From Lingula anatina (taxonomy: Eukaryota; Animalia; Brachiopoda), in assembly GCA_051362555.1 (NCBI GenBank), contig CM120648.1:6568587-6632586 (forward strand): a DNA stretch of 64,000 nucleotides, read 5' to 3'. Numbering within the stretch: position 1 is the first letter of the stretch; every line of letters starts with the position of its first letter. Positions 39,601 to 53,102 of the stretch are shown one piece after another. The notes beneath the pieces are model-generated. The model worked only from the letters and a program-made list of their open reading frames with translations. It was not told the DNA's origin and searched no databases. A program made the translations under genes and the position numbers.

Positions 39601-41049
39601 GTATTAGTGCTGTCAGGCCTTGTTACACCGGGCTTGGAGAACAAAAATATTATAGGCTTTTCTTTTGTTACAGAGATTTGTGAAACTGAGACAACATATA
39701 CATTCGTTTCCCAAGCCGTGTAAAAGGAGCTTTATAACACTTCTCATATTCATCGTTTGAATGTGATGTTGACGATGGAATGAAAACACCCGCACTTGCT
39801 GAGTATAGATGTACATTTGTAAGCACCTTGATTGAAAAAAGTATGTAATTTTCGTACAATATTGTGTTTCTGTCATAGCATTTGCTTGGAGTTATGGACG
39901 GTATCATGAATAAAAGCGGGCAGAATTCATCCACGAAAATGTCAACTGCTGTCATAAGCCACTTATCAAGCTTAAAGGAATAATAACTCTTCGTTTCGGC
40001 CAAAAAATGAATTTTCCTGGAGTAAACAACAATTTTCCATACTTACCAATGGTTAATGAATCAAATTTTACATTCAAAGTTAGTCCCTGGTTTTTTTTCT
40101 CTAAAAAGTTTTTTTTTTTTTTTTGTTAAAATCTCTTAAGAGATTTTAACAGAGTATAGCCATCATTGGAGGTCACGTGGTCTAAAGACAAGCTCAGATA
40201 TCAGAATAACAACTATAACTGCTGTTTTTGTGGTAAAACAGAATATATTATATTTCTATGAGTTATTCACAATGTTTTTATTGTGAAATATAGATCTCAT
40301 ACGAAGAGTTATTATCCCTTTAACTAAGCTGTCTTGGACAGTGCCAATTCGCGATCCCCGACGTCAGTGGGTGTGATAGCGGTCTCAACTGTCACATTCG
40401 CAATGTTGTCCTTCACCCACTGGGCGGTTTTCTAAAGAGTTACTGTATGAGATGCGCTGTCTGTGGATTTTAGATGCGTATTTTGTTAGAACAAACTATG
40501 TACTTCATTAAAAGAGTTGTGCGAGTAATGGTGATCATAATCTGCATATTTTTGCGTCGATCCATATCCCTTTGGGTGTCTTGATTACTGGTTTGAAGAT
40601 AAACGCACGAATGACTGTTGGCAATAAGGGGTTCTTTTAAGACGCTTCGACGCTGTTTTTGATAGTGCCATCTGCTTATTCTATATCAAATAATCAAAGT
40701 CCAAGTTTTCTACTAAGCATTTTTTGATTTTGTGCGTTTAATGCAGGAATATGCTTCGCAATAAGCACCCGCTGTCGGATGAATCCGATACAGATGTACA
40801 GGTAATAGATCCACGCACATGTAACACCTGCTTAGCAAATCACGTTGTTAGGAACACCTTTGTTCCATTTTTTTCTGATTGGATTGTTGTTTGCAGGCAG
40901 GCACGTGCATGCAAAAGACCACTTAAAATAATAGTCAAAACATACTAACATGCTATCGCGTCTCTAGAACATGCTATAGAACAGAACGTGTTTTTATATG
41001 TAAGCGTTGGATTCGGGGTTGGTTCAGGTGCAAGAAGGGGGGAAGCACC

Positions 41050-41080
<31 letters not shown>

Positions 41081-44000
41081 ACAAATCACAAGTTGTTTTC
41101 AAATACCCCTGAACTAAGTACGGGAAGTGGGCTGGGTGCGAAAAAGGAGCTTTGTCAACCTCTTATAGCCAAATTTGTACTTGAATAAGTCATTAATATC
41201 TTGGGCCTACACCTGAATCAACTGATACATTGTAGGTAAGTGTGTTTTTAATTGCAGTAACTTCCGGTTTCATTTTATGTCTAAAACACGTAGGAAACGC
41301 TGCAGGTACAGGTATATAGTTCCCAGCGCCCAGGGCTTAGTATCCAGGTGGTTCGTGCCATTTCTGCGTGTCTCTGGACTTACCGACGTTTTTTTTTACC
41401 TGACACAGGTGCTGCAGAAATGCTAGGCACGACTGCCAGCGTTTTTGTTAACACGCAACTGTGCAATGAACCAGCCGTAGCCGGTCTAAAATTACGTTAT
41501 CTGTCTAACTGCATTTTATCTTAACCTGCGGCGTGAAAATTGACTTTTAAACAACTTGAGGCTGTAGACTAAAAGGTTAAGCAAATTTTACCTGGCAGTT
41601 CAAGACTTCTGTTTGTTTTTGAGGGGTTTATTTTCTCAATTGTTTCACTATCAGTGTCACATTATTATTTTTACTTGTTATACACAGACCTTTCTAATAT
41701 GGCTAATATTTAATTCTGAACAATTCTGTGTGCATTGTCCAGGGATATTTTTTGCTCACGATTCACGACATCACTCAATCAGATGGCTTTTTGTAGAAAC
41801 CATCCTCGATGTGTAAAAACAATTCAACAAATCAGCACAGTACCAGCTGTGAAGGCTATGAACCCATTCAGAACAGCGGACTAACAGATCCGCGGATCAA
41901 ACATGGCGACCCACTAAAAAAGCTTGTCGCTTAATTCCCGATAAGGCACAGAATAAGGGGATTACGCAGCGACATTTATGGGTCGGCCATATTTGATCCG
42001 CAGTTCTGTTAGCCCTCTGTTCTGAATGCGATCTATGGCCTTCATGTGGGACAAGTTCAATGATTCGGATTGTGTGGTAAACCTGCACAATTTTCGTTCT
42101 TTGAAACCATCAATTAATCGAATAGTTATTCGAACTGACCCATTACTGATCGCGTTGGGGGCAGAACTGACATTTATGAAACGCTCTCTGAAGATATTGC
42201 GTGAGGCGTGAAAAGGTTAAGATTAATGAAAAAATTTGTTTACAACCTGATTTCTTCGGTAAATCAGTTTAGGTTACTTCATGGTTTAGATGTTTTCTTT
42301 GCTGGGTCTGCTCAGTCTTCACTCGCCGTGCGCCCCCCCCCCCCCCCCCCCTCCTCCCACTTCCCCCTTCCTTGTGTCACTCAGAGAAATATTGCAGGTA
42401 ACTCTTCAAATCTGGCAGCTGGAAACGCCCCCTCGTTACCCCAAGATTTATATACTTAACACTCAAGGAAACATCAGGGATGTGTTTTCTATCTCCTTTT
42501 TTGTTTCATCTGATCGAATAAAGCAGTAGTTTTTCTTCGGTCAACTGCTGGCAATAAAATCGTTGTTTACCTCCGTTATTTCGATGTTTATTTAGAGCAT
42601 CTTCATCAAGGAATGATGTTATGCAGGCCGATAAACTCTGCCCAGTATTATATCATGAGTATTGGAGGTAAACAACAATTTGAAATTCAATACTAGCCGT
42701 TAATTGAAGAAAATACCGATTTGTTTTCAGTATCTGTCGCAGCTGATGTTGTTCATGTCTGATGTATGAAGTTAGCGCCATTGGAATAACACACTGTAGT
42801 TCACAGAACCAGAATTAGTCTAATCTGTCTTCCTATAAGTGGAATGTATACGTAGTCACTACCGAGGAGCTTATAAATTGCATTGTAATAAATGAAAACT
42901 GCTTTGTGAAATCAACGATTGATTATTTTGACATTCAAAAATCATTGTTATATCTGAAAACACCATCACCGCTTTTAAAGTTACTGATACCGGATGAGGT
43001 CGTTTACATTAACAACCCCAGGCGCATATTTGTTGGCGTTTTTTTTATTGTACGTTATTTTTTCCATGAAATTTATCATGAGTTTGTTACATTTCTGTAT
43101 AACTGTGACAATTGTAACAGTGAACAATTTGTCCAGTTCACAGTGAACACTAGTTCGTATATGAAAACTGCATCTCTGAGTCATTAAAAGTTGCATTAGT
43201 ACTGAGGTGGTCTGAGACCGACTTCATAAAAAAAAATATGTGTCTGTGATAAAAATTATATCAGTGACACAGCCTTTAAACTAAAGACATCAGTCACTCA
43301 ATACGATACATTTGTGGTATTTTAGTTTTAAGATTTTAAACGGTTATAAAAATCAATTTTCGGGAAGGAGAACTATGTTAATTGTCATCATACATGTATG
43401 GTATCTGCCCTCCTATTCCTGCTTCATATTTGTTTATTTATGCACCTTTTCATTTTGTTTTTGAAAAAAAAAAAGAAAAAGCCAATTAAGAATGTCTGAT
43501 AGGGTGCACAGTGCTAGTTTTGTTTTGATATATCACCAGAGCTAGGCCTGGAAACCAAGAAAATTTCATTTGAAAAAAGTACATTTTTCTTCCTTAAGCT
43601 AAATTATATGTTTCAGAAATTCCTACATTAGTGTGTAAAATACAACTGCAGCTATCCAGCAATGTGTATTATAAGCTTTTTTTTATTTACCAAAAAGCTT
43701 CTTTTGTGCAACTACCAAACATATCTGTATTTCACAAAAAATTCCGTGGGGTCGTAAACGACTCCCCCCGGTAGGAATATGTTGCTAAATATGCCGGTAT
43801 AATTAGGGTTAAATATCCACTGGGGCCCACCTAGCGTATAACACTTGTATAAGATTGCGCTGAAATCGACCTGGCATGTCATGCTTAATTGCATTGGTTT
43901 TTGCTAGGATTGCACATGACGCATGCTTCATTAGTGGCTTCCATACTGCAGAACGCTACTTTCTATAGCACGCGATCTGAGGCTTCCGGGGTACGGTCGT

Positions 44001-45089
44001 TCAGCCTCAAGAGCATTTCTAAAATTGCATTAATAGACGGCGCGGAAAACAGGAAAGAATGCAAACGTAAGATAGCCTTAGCTACGCTAGCCCCGTTAAC
44101 GTGTATACGTAAGTATAAAAAAAAAGATACTTCATTGTGAACCTTTCACCGTTCAAACAATCATTTGTGATTCTTATTTGATCTGAATTGACTGGAATGT
44201 GCAATGAAGGATGATATCGGTGCCTCTCTACTTACAGAAATGAAAAAAAAGATTAGTACTTCAATTACAGTAATGCCCATGGACCGACAACCTGCTCTGC
44301 GCTACAAATTGCATTTTCAAACGAAATTGCTTTCGTGATGCCGCTCCTGCCGACACGAAAGGCCCATGCTCACGTGGGCATTTTAACCTGTAAGCTTCCT
44401 TGCGGAGTTTACCTAACCGGGGTTTGCATTGCAGTTGCGCACTGACTCTTTGCACGGTATTGATTATTTGAGATCGACTTGATAACGAAAGTAGAGGCTC
44501 GTTTAATCACAGTGCAAAGCGAGTTGTGGACGTCTGCTTATCACTCGCAAGTGGGGAGAAAGCACACGCGCAGTGCCAGAATGAAGCCAACGTGGAAAGT
44601 TCAGCGTAATTGACGGTGTATGTTTGGCGGCGGTTTGGGAGTGCGCACAAAGGACAGAAATTGTGGGAAAATTCAACCAAAAAACATCAAAAGTTAGTAT
44701 ACTGACTGAAATTTAATGCAACGAAATGCAGAAAAACATATCGTGAAAAATGATACAACCAGTATTTCAGAACTGTTTCTATTAGATTGACATTTTGGGA
44801 CAATTTTTTAAAAGCGTTTTGCCAGAAGAAAAAATGAAAACCCTACAAAAACCCACTAAACCAGGCTTATATTATACCTGGAACAAATAAGTAGATCAGT
44901 TGGAGATCGTCCTTAGCATATATTTTCAATCAAAGGGCGATTGAAACTAAACGAATTACATCACCGGAATGCGGGCAATGTGCGATAATTGAAATTCTAT
45001 ATGGACCATATGAATAGCAAGAATAATAGGCCAACAATTGCACTAACCATATCCAAGTAAAAAGCACATTAAGCTGAGACCCACCGAGC

Positions 45090-45854
45090 ATGGACGGCAC
45101 CTTGACGAGAGAAATGTATGACATCATTTTTACTCAAGTTACGGACAAGGACAATAAACTGATGTATGCCGACGAAAACTTGACGAATGACATTGCGGGG
45201 CACTTCTACCAAATTTCGCCTACCTCAAATACCACGGTGTTATCCTCTGTGACGCCACTGCCAAATCAGAGTCACCTTGCCCATAACGAGAACATCTTCG
45301 CCGGTGTTTTTGTGTCTCTGACTACACTAGCTGGGATAATAGAAAACGGGATTGTTGTCATAGTATACAGACGGACAAAAAGGCTCCAGACTTCCACCAA
45401 CCTTTTTCTCCTCTCTATGTGTGTTTGCAACTTGGTGGAGGCGGCTCTCTCGTTTCCTCTCATGGCTAGCTCAAGTTTTGCTCAACGGTGGCTCTTCAGC
45501 AAAATAGGCTGCCAAATCTATGCCTTTATCATATTCTCTTTGGGTCTGACGGGGATATTTCATCTTGTGATTGTAGCGGTAGATAGATATCTAGTCATAT
45601 GCAAAGACACTAAAGTCAAAAAAGGTTCAGCCATCAAAGGGAGTATAGCTTGCTGGCTGTCTGGAATACTATGGGCGACGCTACCGTTTTTAGGGTGGAA
45701 TGGTTATATCTTTGAGCGTGCGCATTTGTCATGCTGCATTAACTGGTACTCAAAGGATCCTCGAGATTTGAGCTACATTGTGACAATCATGGTCTTCTGT
45801 CTGTTTGTACCAATGGCTGTGATGTCGTTCACCTACGGAAGAATATACATTACG
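45090..45854 (+). CDS. Opsin-like GPCR first exon C (N-terminus to TM5, 255 codons from the first ATG)
   Basis: Paralog of A and B (ENG, LQTSTNLFL, WLFSKIGC, DRY, GWNGYIFERAHLSCCINW, TYGRIYIT). Phase-0 donor ACG|gtgagt at the homologous codon. The exact start Met is uncertain. Confidence 0.88.
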
Positions 45855-48167
45855 GTGAGTATTGATATTGCTTGGCAGCATTGGCATATTTTTTCTAACG
45901 TTATTTCAGGCGAGTGATTAAGGTAAAACGTTGCCTCTGGCAATCTCTGAAACTGAACACCTGTCTAAGTGCCTCACACCCATTTCTTGAAATTACTTTA
46001 TTCGTTTCAAGTGGCACGTGCCTTTCGCACCGAACAAACAACACTGAGCTATTTTTAATACCCCGTGCAACGATATCACAAAACATATTGTCTGGAAATG
46101 CTCTGGAGAAGTCATGTGTCTTCTCATCTCTTTGTGCGACGAATGTTTTTCATCCTGTGTTTCTAGAATTAATCCTTTTTGCAAGCCGTGAACTCCGAGA
46201 TCTTAAACCGCGTAGGCACGATTCTTGTCGTTCTCTTCTCACCTGGTGTGACAGCTCTGGTTTTCTACAAACCACACTGCCAATCCTTCAGCTGTACACC
46301 CCTCTACGTTCAGGTCATCACTATCACTAGACTTTATTCCGGTCACTAAACATGGTAAAAATCCCGGCCGTAAAGATTATGTATACATGTACTTTTTTAA
46401 CCCTCAGAACATTGACGGAATTAACAGTTACCAGATGGTTACGAGTTTGCTCTTCGAGAGGCAAAACAGATCTTTTTCCGCTTGCTTTAGCTCAAATTAC
46501 CGTTCCAATTAGATCACGTTTGGCACATTTGATCCATTGATATTGTGTTGAAGCGTACCCTTGAACTTCTGGCAGGGTCATCTGGGGCCCATTATTGGCT
46601 AACGAGTTTATAATTAATACACATATTTTGGTAAAAAAATGACTCCTTTTCGCAGTAATAAAAAAATCATAAAACGTTTGCTGAGGGGGCATCTTAAAAG
46701 TAATCATGCAGATTGTATTTTAATCTTTAAAATTTAAACCTGTGATCTAAGGTTCGTTTCAAAACGAAGAGTTTATTAATGTCATTGGGCGCGCATCAGT
46801 TTTCCAGCAAAGTGAAGCCGCTGATGCCACATTGAGCCGAAAAACAGTACTAGTTGGCCAACTTTCTTCCGTGTTGTTATCATAAGCTTACCCGCAGCCT
46901 GTATCCTTTAGTTCATAATTCAACAGTTTTTTGTCGAGGGAGGCAAACGTAATCCTTTATTGGCTTCATTTAAAAAACGAGACAACTCCCACGACCTGAC
47001 TAAAGGGAAATTAAAAAAAGGAATTTAGGTAGCGCTATCATGAAAACCAAACCGATAAGCACTTTGTAGAATAAAAATGGCAATAAAACCACAGACTCAT
47101 ATAACAACGGGCATCTAGCTGTTTGAATGCTAACTGTTCCGCTGAGTTAGATCTAGCCGCCGTTTTCTGGACCTGTCCTAAGCTGGCTCAGAACGTGAAC
47201 CTCTTCCTGCCTTTTTCTACATGTACGTTTTACCCACTATTTCAATGAATCTATTTAGTCGATTTTAAATAACAGTGATCATTATTCTCCAACTACTTTC
47301 TTCAGGATTGTTGCTGACAGTAAAAAGAAATTACAGAAAAAAGTTTTCGTCTATTAATGTCTTTAGTCGTCAGTTTGGCGTCTAAATTTAGGCCTGTTCT
47401 GGCTATAAGGGAATGAGCGTATTGGACAAAATCAAAACTGTTGGATATAAATGACGTCATACGAGACTACAAAAAGTACGAGTATCCGCGTGAGATAAGG
47501 TTCAGTTATTAGCGATAAGGGCGAAATTTTATGTGGCGAGAATAGGGTTTATGAAAACAGTTAAAGAAGTCAAACGCAAATCATGGTGGATTCGTGCTTG
47601 AAACTAAGTTTTAAGAACTAAAAAAAGGGAAAATAGCCATGGATAAATCCCGACAGATTTTGTTCATTGCCGCACCAAGCTTGCGATGGTATTCTTGCCG
47701 ACCTCACTCTCGCACAAATCCCTCAATGTTTCGCATGACTTTACCTTTAGTTGCGATAATTCATGGTTTCTCGGATAATTCCCATTCAACGCATTGACTT
47801 TGCCGCTCACATTAACTTTTCTGATTCGCTTTAGATGATTACCGGTATATTCATTAGTTGCGTGCAAGATGGAGGAAAAAGGTGTCCGAGTACAATTGCA
47901 TAATCACTGGGCAGTAAAGCTCATTATGTAGAGGTGAAGGATAATTTCTTCCACAGGGGATGTGATTATCTCCAACCTTGACCATTATATCTCTAAGCTG
48001 TAGGTAATACCGCCGGTCGTTCGCTGCCCAGCAGCAGAATTAACCTTGACAGTTACTAAACACAATGGTTTATAATTGCAAACAGATTCCATAAAAAATC
48101 GCATTATGGGGGGGGGGGGGTGTCTTATAGGTTAGCAACTTGCGGCGCCACGCCACACCTCAATGGG

Positions 48168-48169
<2 letters not shown>

Positions 48170-48214
<45 letters not shown>

Positions 48215-48310
48215 GTAGTAGTAGTAGTAGTAGAAGTAGTAGTAGTTGTTGTTGTTGTTGCTGTTGTTGTAATTGTACTTTATAGACCATTAGTAATAGT
48301 AGTAGTAGAA
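48170..48310. repeat. Compound microsatellite (TTA)n(GTA)n(GTT)n
   Basis: Seen directly. Other microsatellites occur at 13757 (AAT), 28452 (TA), 33848 (TTA), 34792 (TG), 36638 (TA) and 62183 (AAT/AAAT). Confidence 0.95.
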
Positions 48311-49467
48311 GTGGAAGTATTTGCTGTTATATACCGGTATTTGATTTCTATCTTCAAAGTTATTTTTTCATGAAGGAGAAAAAAATGTCCGACGCGTTAC
48401 TGCTTTTGCCTACTTTTATGCACTTGTCTTCTGTCACCCAAACACCCAGGCAGTTACGACACGTTTTTAATGACACACCTTACACGGTTCGTGCTTCATT
48501 AAATGACAACTCCCAAGGCTCAGCAGAGTGTTCCTCTAGGGCACTTTAATTTTATTGATTTCTCAGTTTATCTATTTATAACAAAAATTAATTCATGAAG
48601 CATCTAACTGATCAGTCCATTTCTTTTTTTACTTGTACATTTATTCATTAATTCATATCTGCATGCTTCGACACAATTTTTAGTGCATAAATCAATTTTG
48701 TAAATAATGAAATTCATTATTTGTTAATCCTTGTATGTATCTATATAACATTTTCGTCATTATTACTGTTATTAATATCATAATTAATATTATTAATAAA
48801 CGTATACCCAAAAGCCCCTTTACCACCCAAAACCTGGGTACAATATGATGAAACATCTCGTTGTCTTAATTGCCAGTATATCTCATAAAGGCAGCACGTA
48901 GCGCCGGTGCGTTAAGTCCGATGCCGTACATCAAGCATGGGAGACGTCATATTAGATTACCCTAGAAATACCGTGGCCTGGACGACTGCGCGAAGTTACG
49001 TCTCGCACATGAGAGATCGGAGACTAGTTAACCAAAATTCCATAATTAAATAGATAACTGTAGTAGGTAGGCTCATTGATTAACATAGGGAGTTTTCAGA
49101 ATTCTACGGGGCTGTTTCATTAATAGTGCTTGGTTCGAGTAGAATTTGTCTATGATGCAATATTATACGTGAAATGAGCACAGGAATCAAATTTATAATT
49201 TATAATATTTATAATAATTTTGACTTTTTTTACTCGAGCTTTATACCTGACGGTGTGGTCTTCATTTATCTATTACCGCATACGGTTGAGCAGCAAATCA
49301 CCCCGCAAGCCAGCATGACATAACTTTAACCGACATTTGTTCGTAATAATATTACCATAGAGCCGGAAGTCATACACACACTCACATCGTAACTCAATTA
49401 CAGACCTACCAGTATTGGATGTTCTTAAAGACCTTAACCTCAGGATTTATAGATAAATTTTGAGGAG

Positions 49468-49498
<31 letters not shown>

Positions 49499-50088
49499 GG
49501 GGGTAGTGGGGCACACAAACCGCCCTTTTTGGCGGGTAATGTCCGCTTTAGGTGCATTGTTAAAACTGAGCTAGGTACACGAATATTTCATGGTAAAAAG
49601 GTTCACTTTTTTATGAAAAGACACCCCCTCCCCACGCCGCTATGAAATTGCTTTCTACGAGACTAAATTGATGAAAAATCCTTCATACTGAAAAACGGCA
49701 GCTATGTAGAGAATCCCCATGCATCCATTCTACTAGATTATCCCTGTTACGTGAACATTTAACTGTCAGACCTCCAAGCACCTGGGAAAAATGATCGGGG
49801 CCTGGTTGCAGGTAATGGGAACATTGAACTCGTAAACACATTTTGTCAACCACAGGGGGGATATCCAAACGCAAAATGTACCACTTGTGTGCATCATGAA
49901 CGCTTGTGGCAATTAATTAGTCAGTTCTGTCGACAATATAACTAGTATTGCCTTTCCTGAAATTGCCCATTGTGTCAACATGTGTTTATAAAGCAGAGGG
50001 GACGTATACGCAACCCGGGATGGTTTCTGCAGCGCAAATATACTACATTTACATGTACAAAGCCATACAATGCGCGTAAGGCGTTTAG

Positions 50089-50123
<35 letters not shown>

Positions 50124-50190
50124 TGCCCTGTAATTCAAGCAATTTTCCTGTGTCACCAGGATATGCCGTGCAAAAGTTATTTTCTCTTTA

Positions 50191-50303
50191 ACCCGGCAAA
50201 CGCAGAACGTTTTATAACGTTACCATAACGTGGCAATAACGTTTTTTTTTTGGGTAAAATTAACGTTATGGTAACGTTATAATAAAGTTATGTGTTTGCC
50301 GTG
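50191..50303. mobile_element. Short MITE-like inverted-repeat element
   Basis: cggcaaacgcagaacgttttataacgttaccataacgt ... acgttatggtaacgttataataaagttatgtgtttgccg. Confidence 0.6.
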
Positions 50304-51630
50304 AAATTCGTTTTCGATTTTTTTTTTTAATTTTAAATTTACACTGTCACTGGTAGAACCTGCCATTTACACAAATCGAGTTATTCAAAATCTGGGAACG
50401 TTTAAGTTTTGAAGAGAAACTTTAAAATAGGGACATTTGTCGTTATTCTGTGAACGGTGATTACCAAAGAGGAAATGGAATTTCCAGGAAAATTAAAGTT
50501 AAAAGGTCTAGCGCTCCATGTAGGTCTCTAAACGTTTATTGGAAGTAATCAATCTCCAGTTTACACCTCCAATCACATATTATTAAGTTTCTTATTACCG
50601 ACGCCTGGGAGACCATGTTATGCCGTTAATTCTTAGTTTGTTAATTAACAGTGTAACTCACATACTTCGTTAGAGACCGGATATATTTTGATACACTTTC
50701 AGGACAAAAGCGTATAACCAATTAGATTTGGTGGTGATCCACTGATTGAATAATCAAGTAATTAACACTAGAAAATTAGCTGCCTTGGCGGAGGTCCGCT
50801 CTCTGTATACGTCACCGGTAATGATTCAGGTGAGGTGTCTGCACTGACATAACTACCATTTACCGAGAATATGAACTTCATGTTATAACATGAACTAGAT
50901 GTTAGAAGGCTTTCTATCAATAATTTTCCATCCACCCGTCGCAGCTCTTTTAAATTGCAGCAATGTTTTTGTGATATCCTGGTTGCAAAATTTGAAATAT
51001 CACCTGGTTTTTATATCCCCGCTCCGAAACGCAGACCATTTAACCTTAGGTTTATTTAAACCTCAACGAAAGCAAAAGAAAAATAAATTTACTTGTTTAC
51101 TTTTGTTAGCAGGATCTATATCAACGACCGTCTAAAGAAGGGTGCTTTATATAAGCCTTAATACGAATATATCTAAGCGCACGTAACAGGTTACTTGCTG
51201 GAACCGATGGCGATTAATTCAATTTTCTTTAACCAATTTCCTGCCTCCGTCATGGAGAAGCTAATGTGAATTGGGATCATGTCCTCGCAAAGACCCCGAA
51301 AATCAAATATATTCGTATTAGATCAGGCAATTGCCACTTCCAAGTCTTGCAATAAGTAAAATTGAAAGCGTTGCTGTCATGGAAAAACGATTATATTACA
51401 TCTTCTCATAAAAATCGGACGTTCTGATCGACGCAATTGAAGAAATTCATTAGTGTGTTAATAAACCTATCCGATTTTGAAACGCCTCTGTGACAGGTAC
51501 ATTTCAAACAATAACCCAATGAGGAGTGAATAAGCAGGTCTTAAAGGCGTTTTGGCTCGTTTTGCCATCTGATTGCTGCTGTGATGAATTCCCCCACACT
51601 GTATTTTAATACCAACCGAGAATAGTCAGA

Positions 51631-51670
<40 letters not shown>

Positions 51671-52877
51671 ATCAATACCCATTATCCTCGATACCCGGAA
51701 GACTATGAAAGATTTTGGGTTATAACCACATTTCAGAGATGATAAAAGATTCACAAAAAATCTAAAGGCATAATCCATAACTTAGCTCAGCCCCATGTCA
51801 CGCGTAATATTAGGTAACTTCATTAAAACGGGAATTTAAAATGACTTACTGCGTCTTTTGAGATGACCCCTTTCCCGAGGGTTACTTTCATAAGATACAA
51901 AAAAAAAAAAACTTTAAGACTAAACACTGCTTTTTGATCTGACCAATTTTGTAATTGAGATCTTCTTCACCATCCATCATTTCTATAAAAGCATTTCTGA
52001 TATTTAATTCGATTCTGTTCGAATCTCAAATGATCAATTAGTAAGCCTCATCGCCTAGGACGTGACGCAATAAGTGAAGAACTAGCTATGGGGCGTAGAT
52101 CTTTGTTTTCAAAGCTCGTGTTGCTGTCACGCTTTTCTTGTAAAACAATGTGTACAAATAACTGTCTACATGGGTTTATTGCCAACGACAGAGGATTCGT
52201 GTGTGGAGTCAGTAGATAGTTATCGTAACGTTGTTCCCAAACTTAATAATAATGGCGATCTTAAGTTTAGAAAATGGTATAAGTATACAGTTCAACGAGA
52301 AACTCGATGTATTACAAACTTATCAAAACCGCCACGAATTGCTTTTATGCTCAAAGTGGAAGAAAGATGTTTTCAAAAACATGCGCATAGGCGTTCAAAG
52401 TTGCAGTCCATCAAAGCGTCTGACCATTATTTACTGGCAAGGTCAACCGCATATTATCTCGGAAAGTTGTGAGATTGATGCAAATAAAGTACGATCGTTA
52501 ATCAAAAATTTGTGAAGAAAGATAGGCAATTTTCGCTTTGAACGGCCTTTCTCCCGGCGGCGCTTCAGTTTCAAAGGGATATGATCCGAAGCAATGATGA
52601 GTTTTATTGATCTCGAAGTCAATTTCAAAAACAAGTCAGGGTATCAAAAATTATAAATACAAATTAAAAAAATTGGTTTCCGGTGCTCAGTCACCGTTCA
52701 TTTCCCCGTGGTGACTGAGTGTTACCAATGCTGCTATTTGAAGAAAACAGAGAACGGTAATTTGACATGTTACTTACCGAAAATAGGTGCTAGGAGTAAG
52801 ATGCAATAAGTGCCAGGAGAAACTGGCTTGGCTAAGTAACTAGTTGGCTCGTTGTATAGCTGCTGTTTTTGTTTGTG

Positions 52878-53102
52878 TTTTTTTTTTTTCAAATGGACAC
52901 CTGTAAGTCATTTTCAGAAACAACCGATAATCTGAACGTTACTCGAAAGTTAAAACTAGAGCTACCTCTGATTCAAATCATTATTCATTATAATCATTTT
53001 TTTTTTCAAATGCACACCTGTAAGTTATTTTCAGAAACGACCGATAATCTGGACGTTACTCGAAAGTTAGCAACTAGAACTACCTCTGATTCAAATCATT
53101 AT
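52878..53102. repeat. Two-copy tandem duplication of ~120 bp
   Basis: ttttttcaaatg.acacctgtaagt.attttcagaaac.accgataatctg.acgttactcgaaagtta...tacctctgattcaaatcattat occurs twice. Confidence 0.85.

Noticed and set aside
48140-48373. Poly-Leu/Val hydrophobic ORF
   Set aside because: It is a microsatellite translation.
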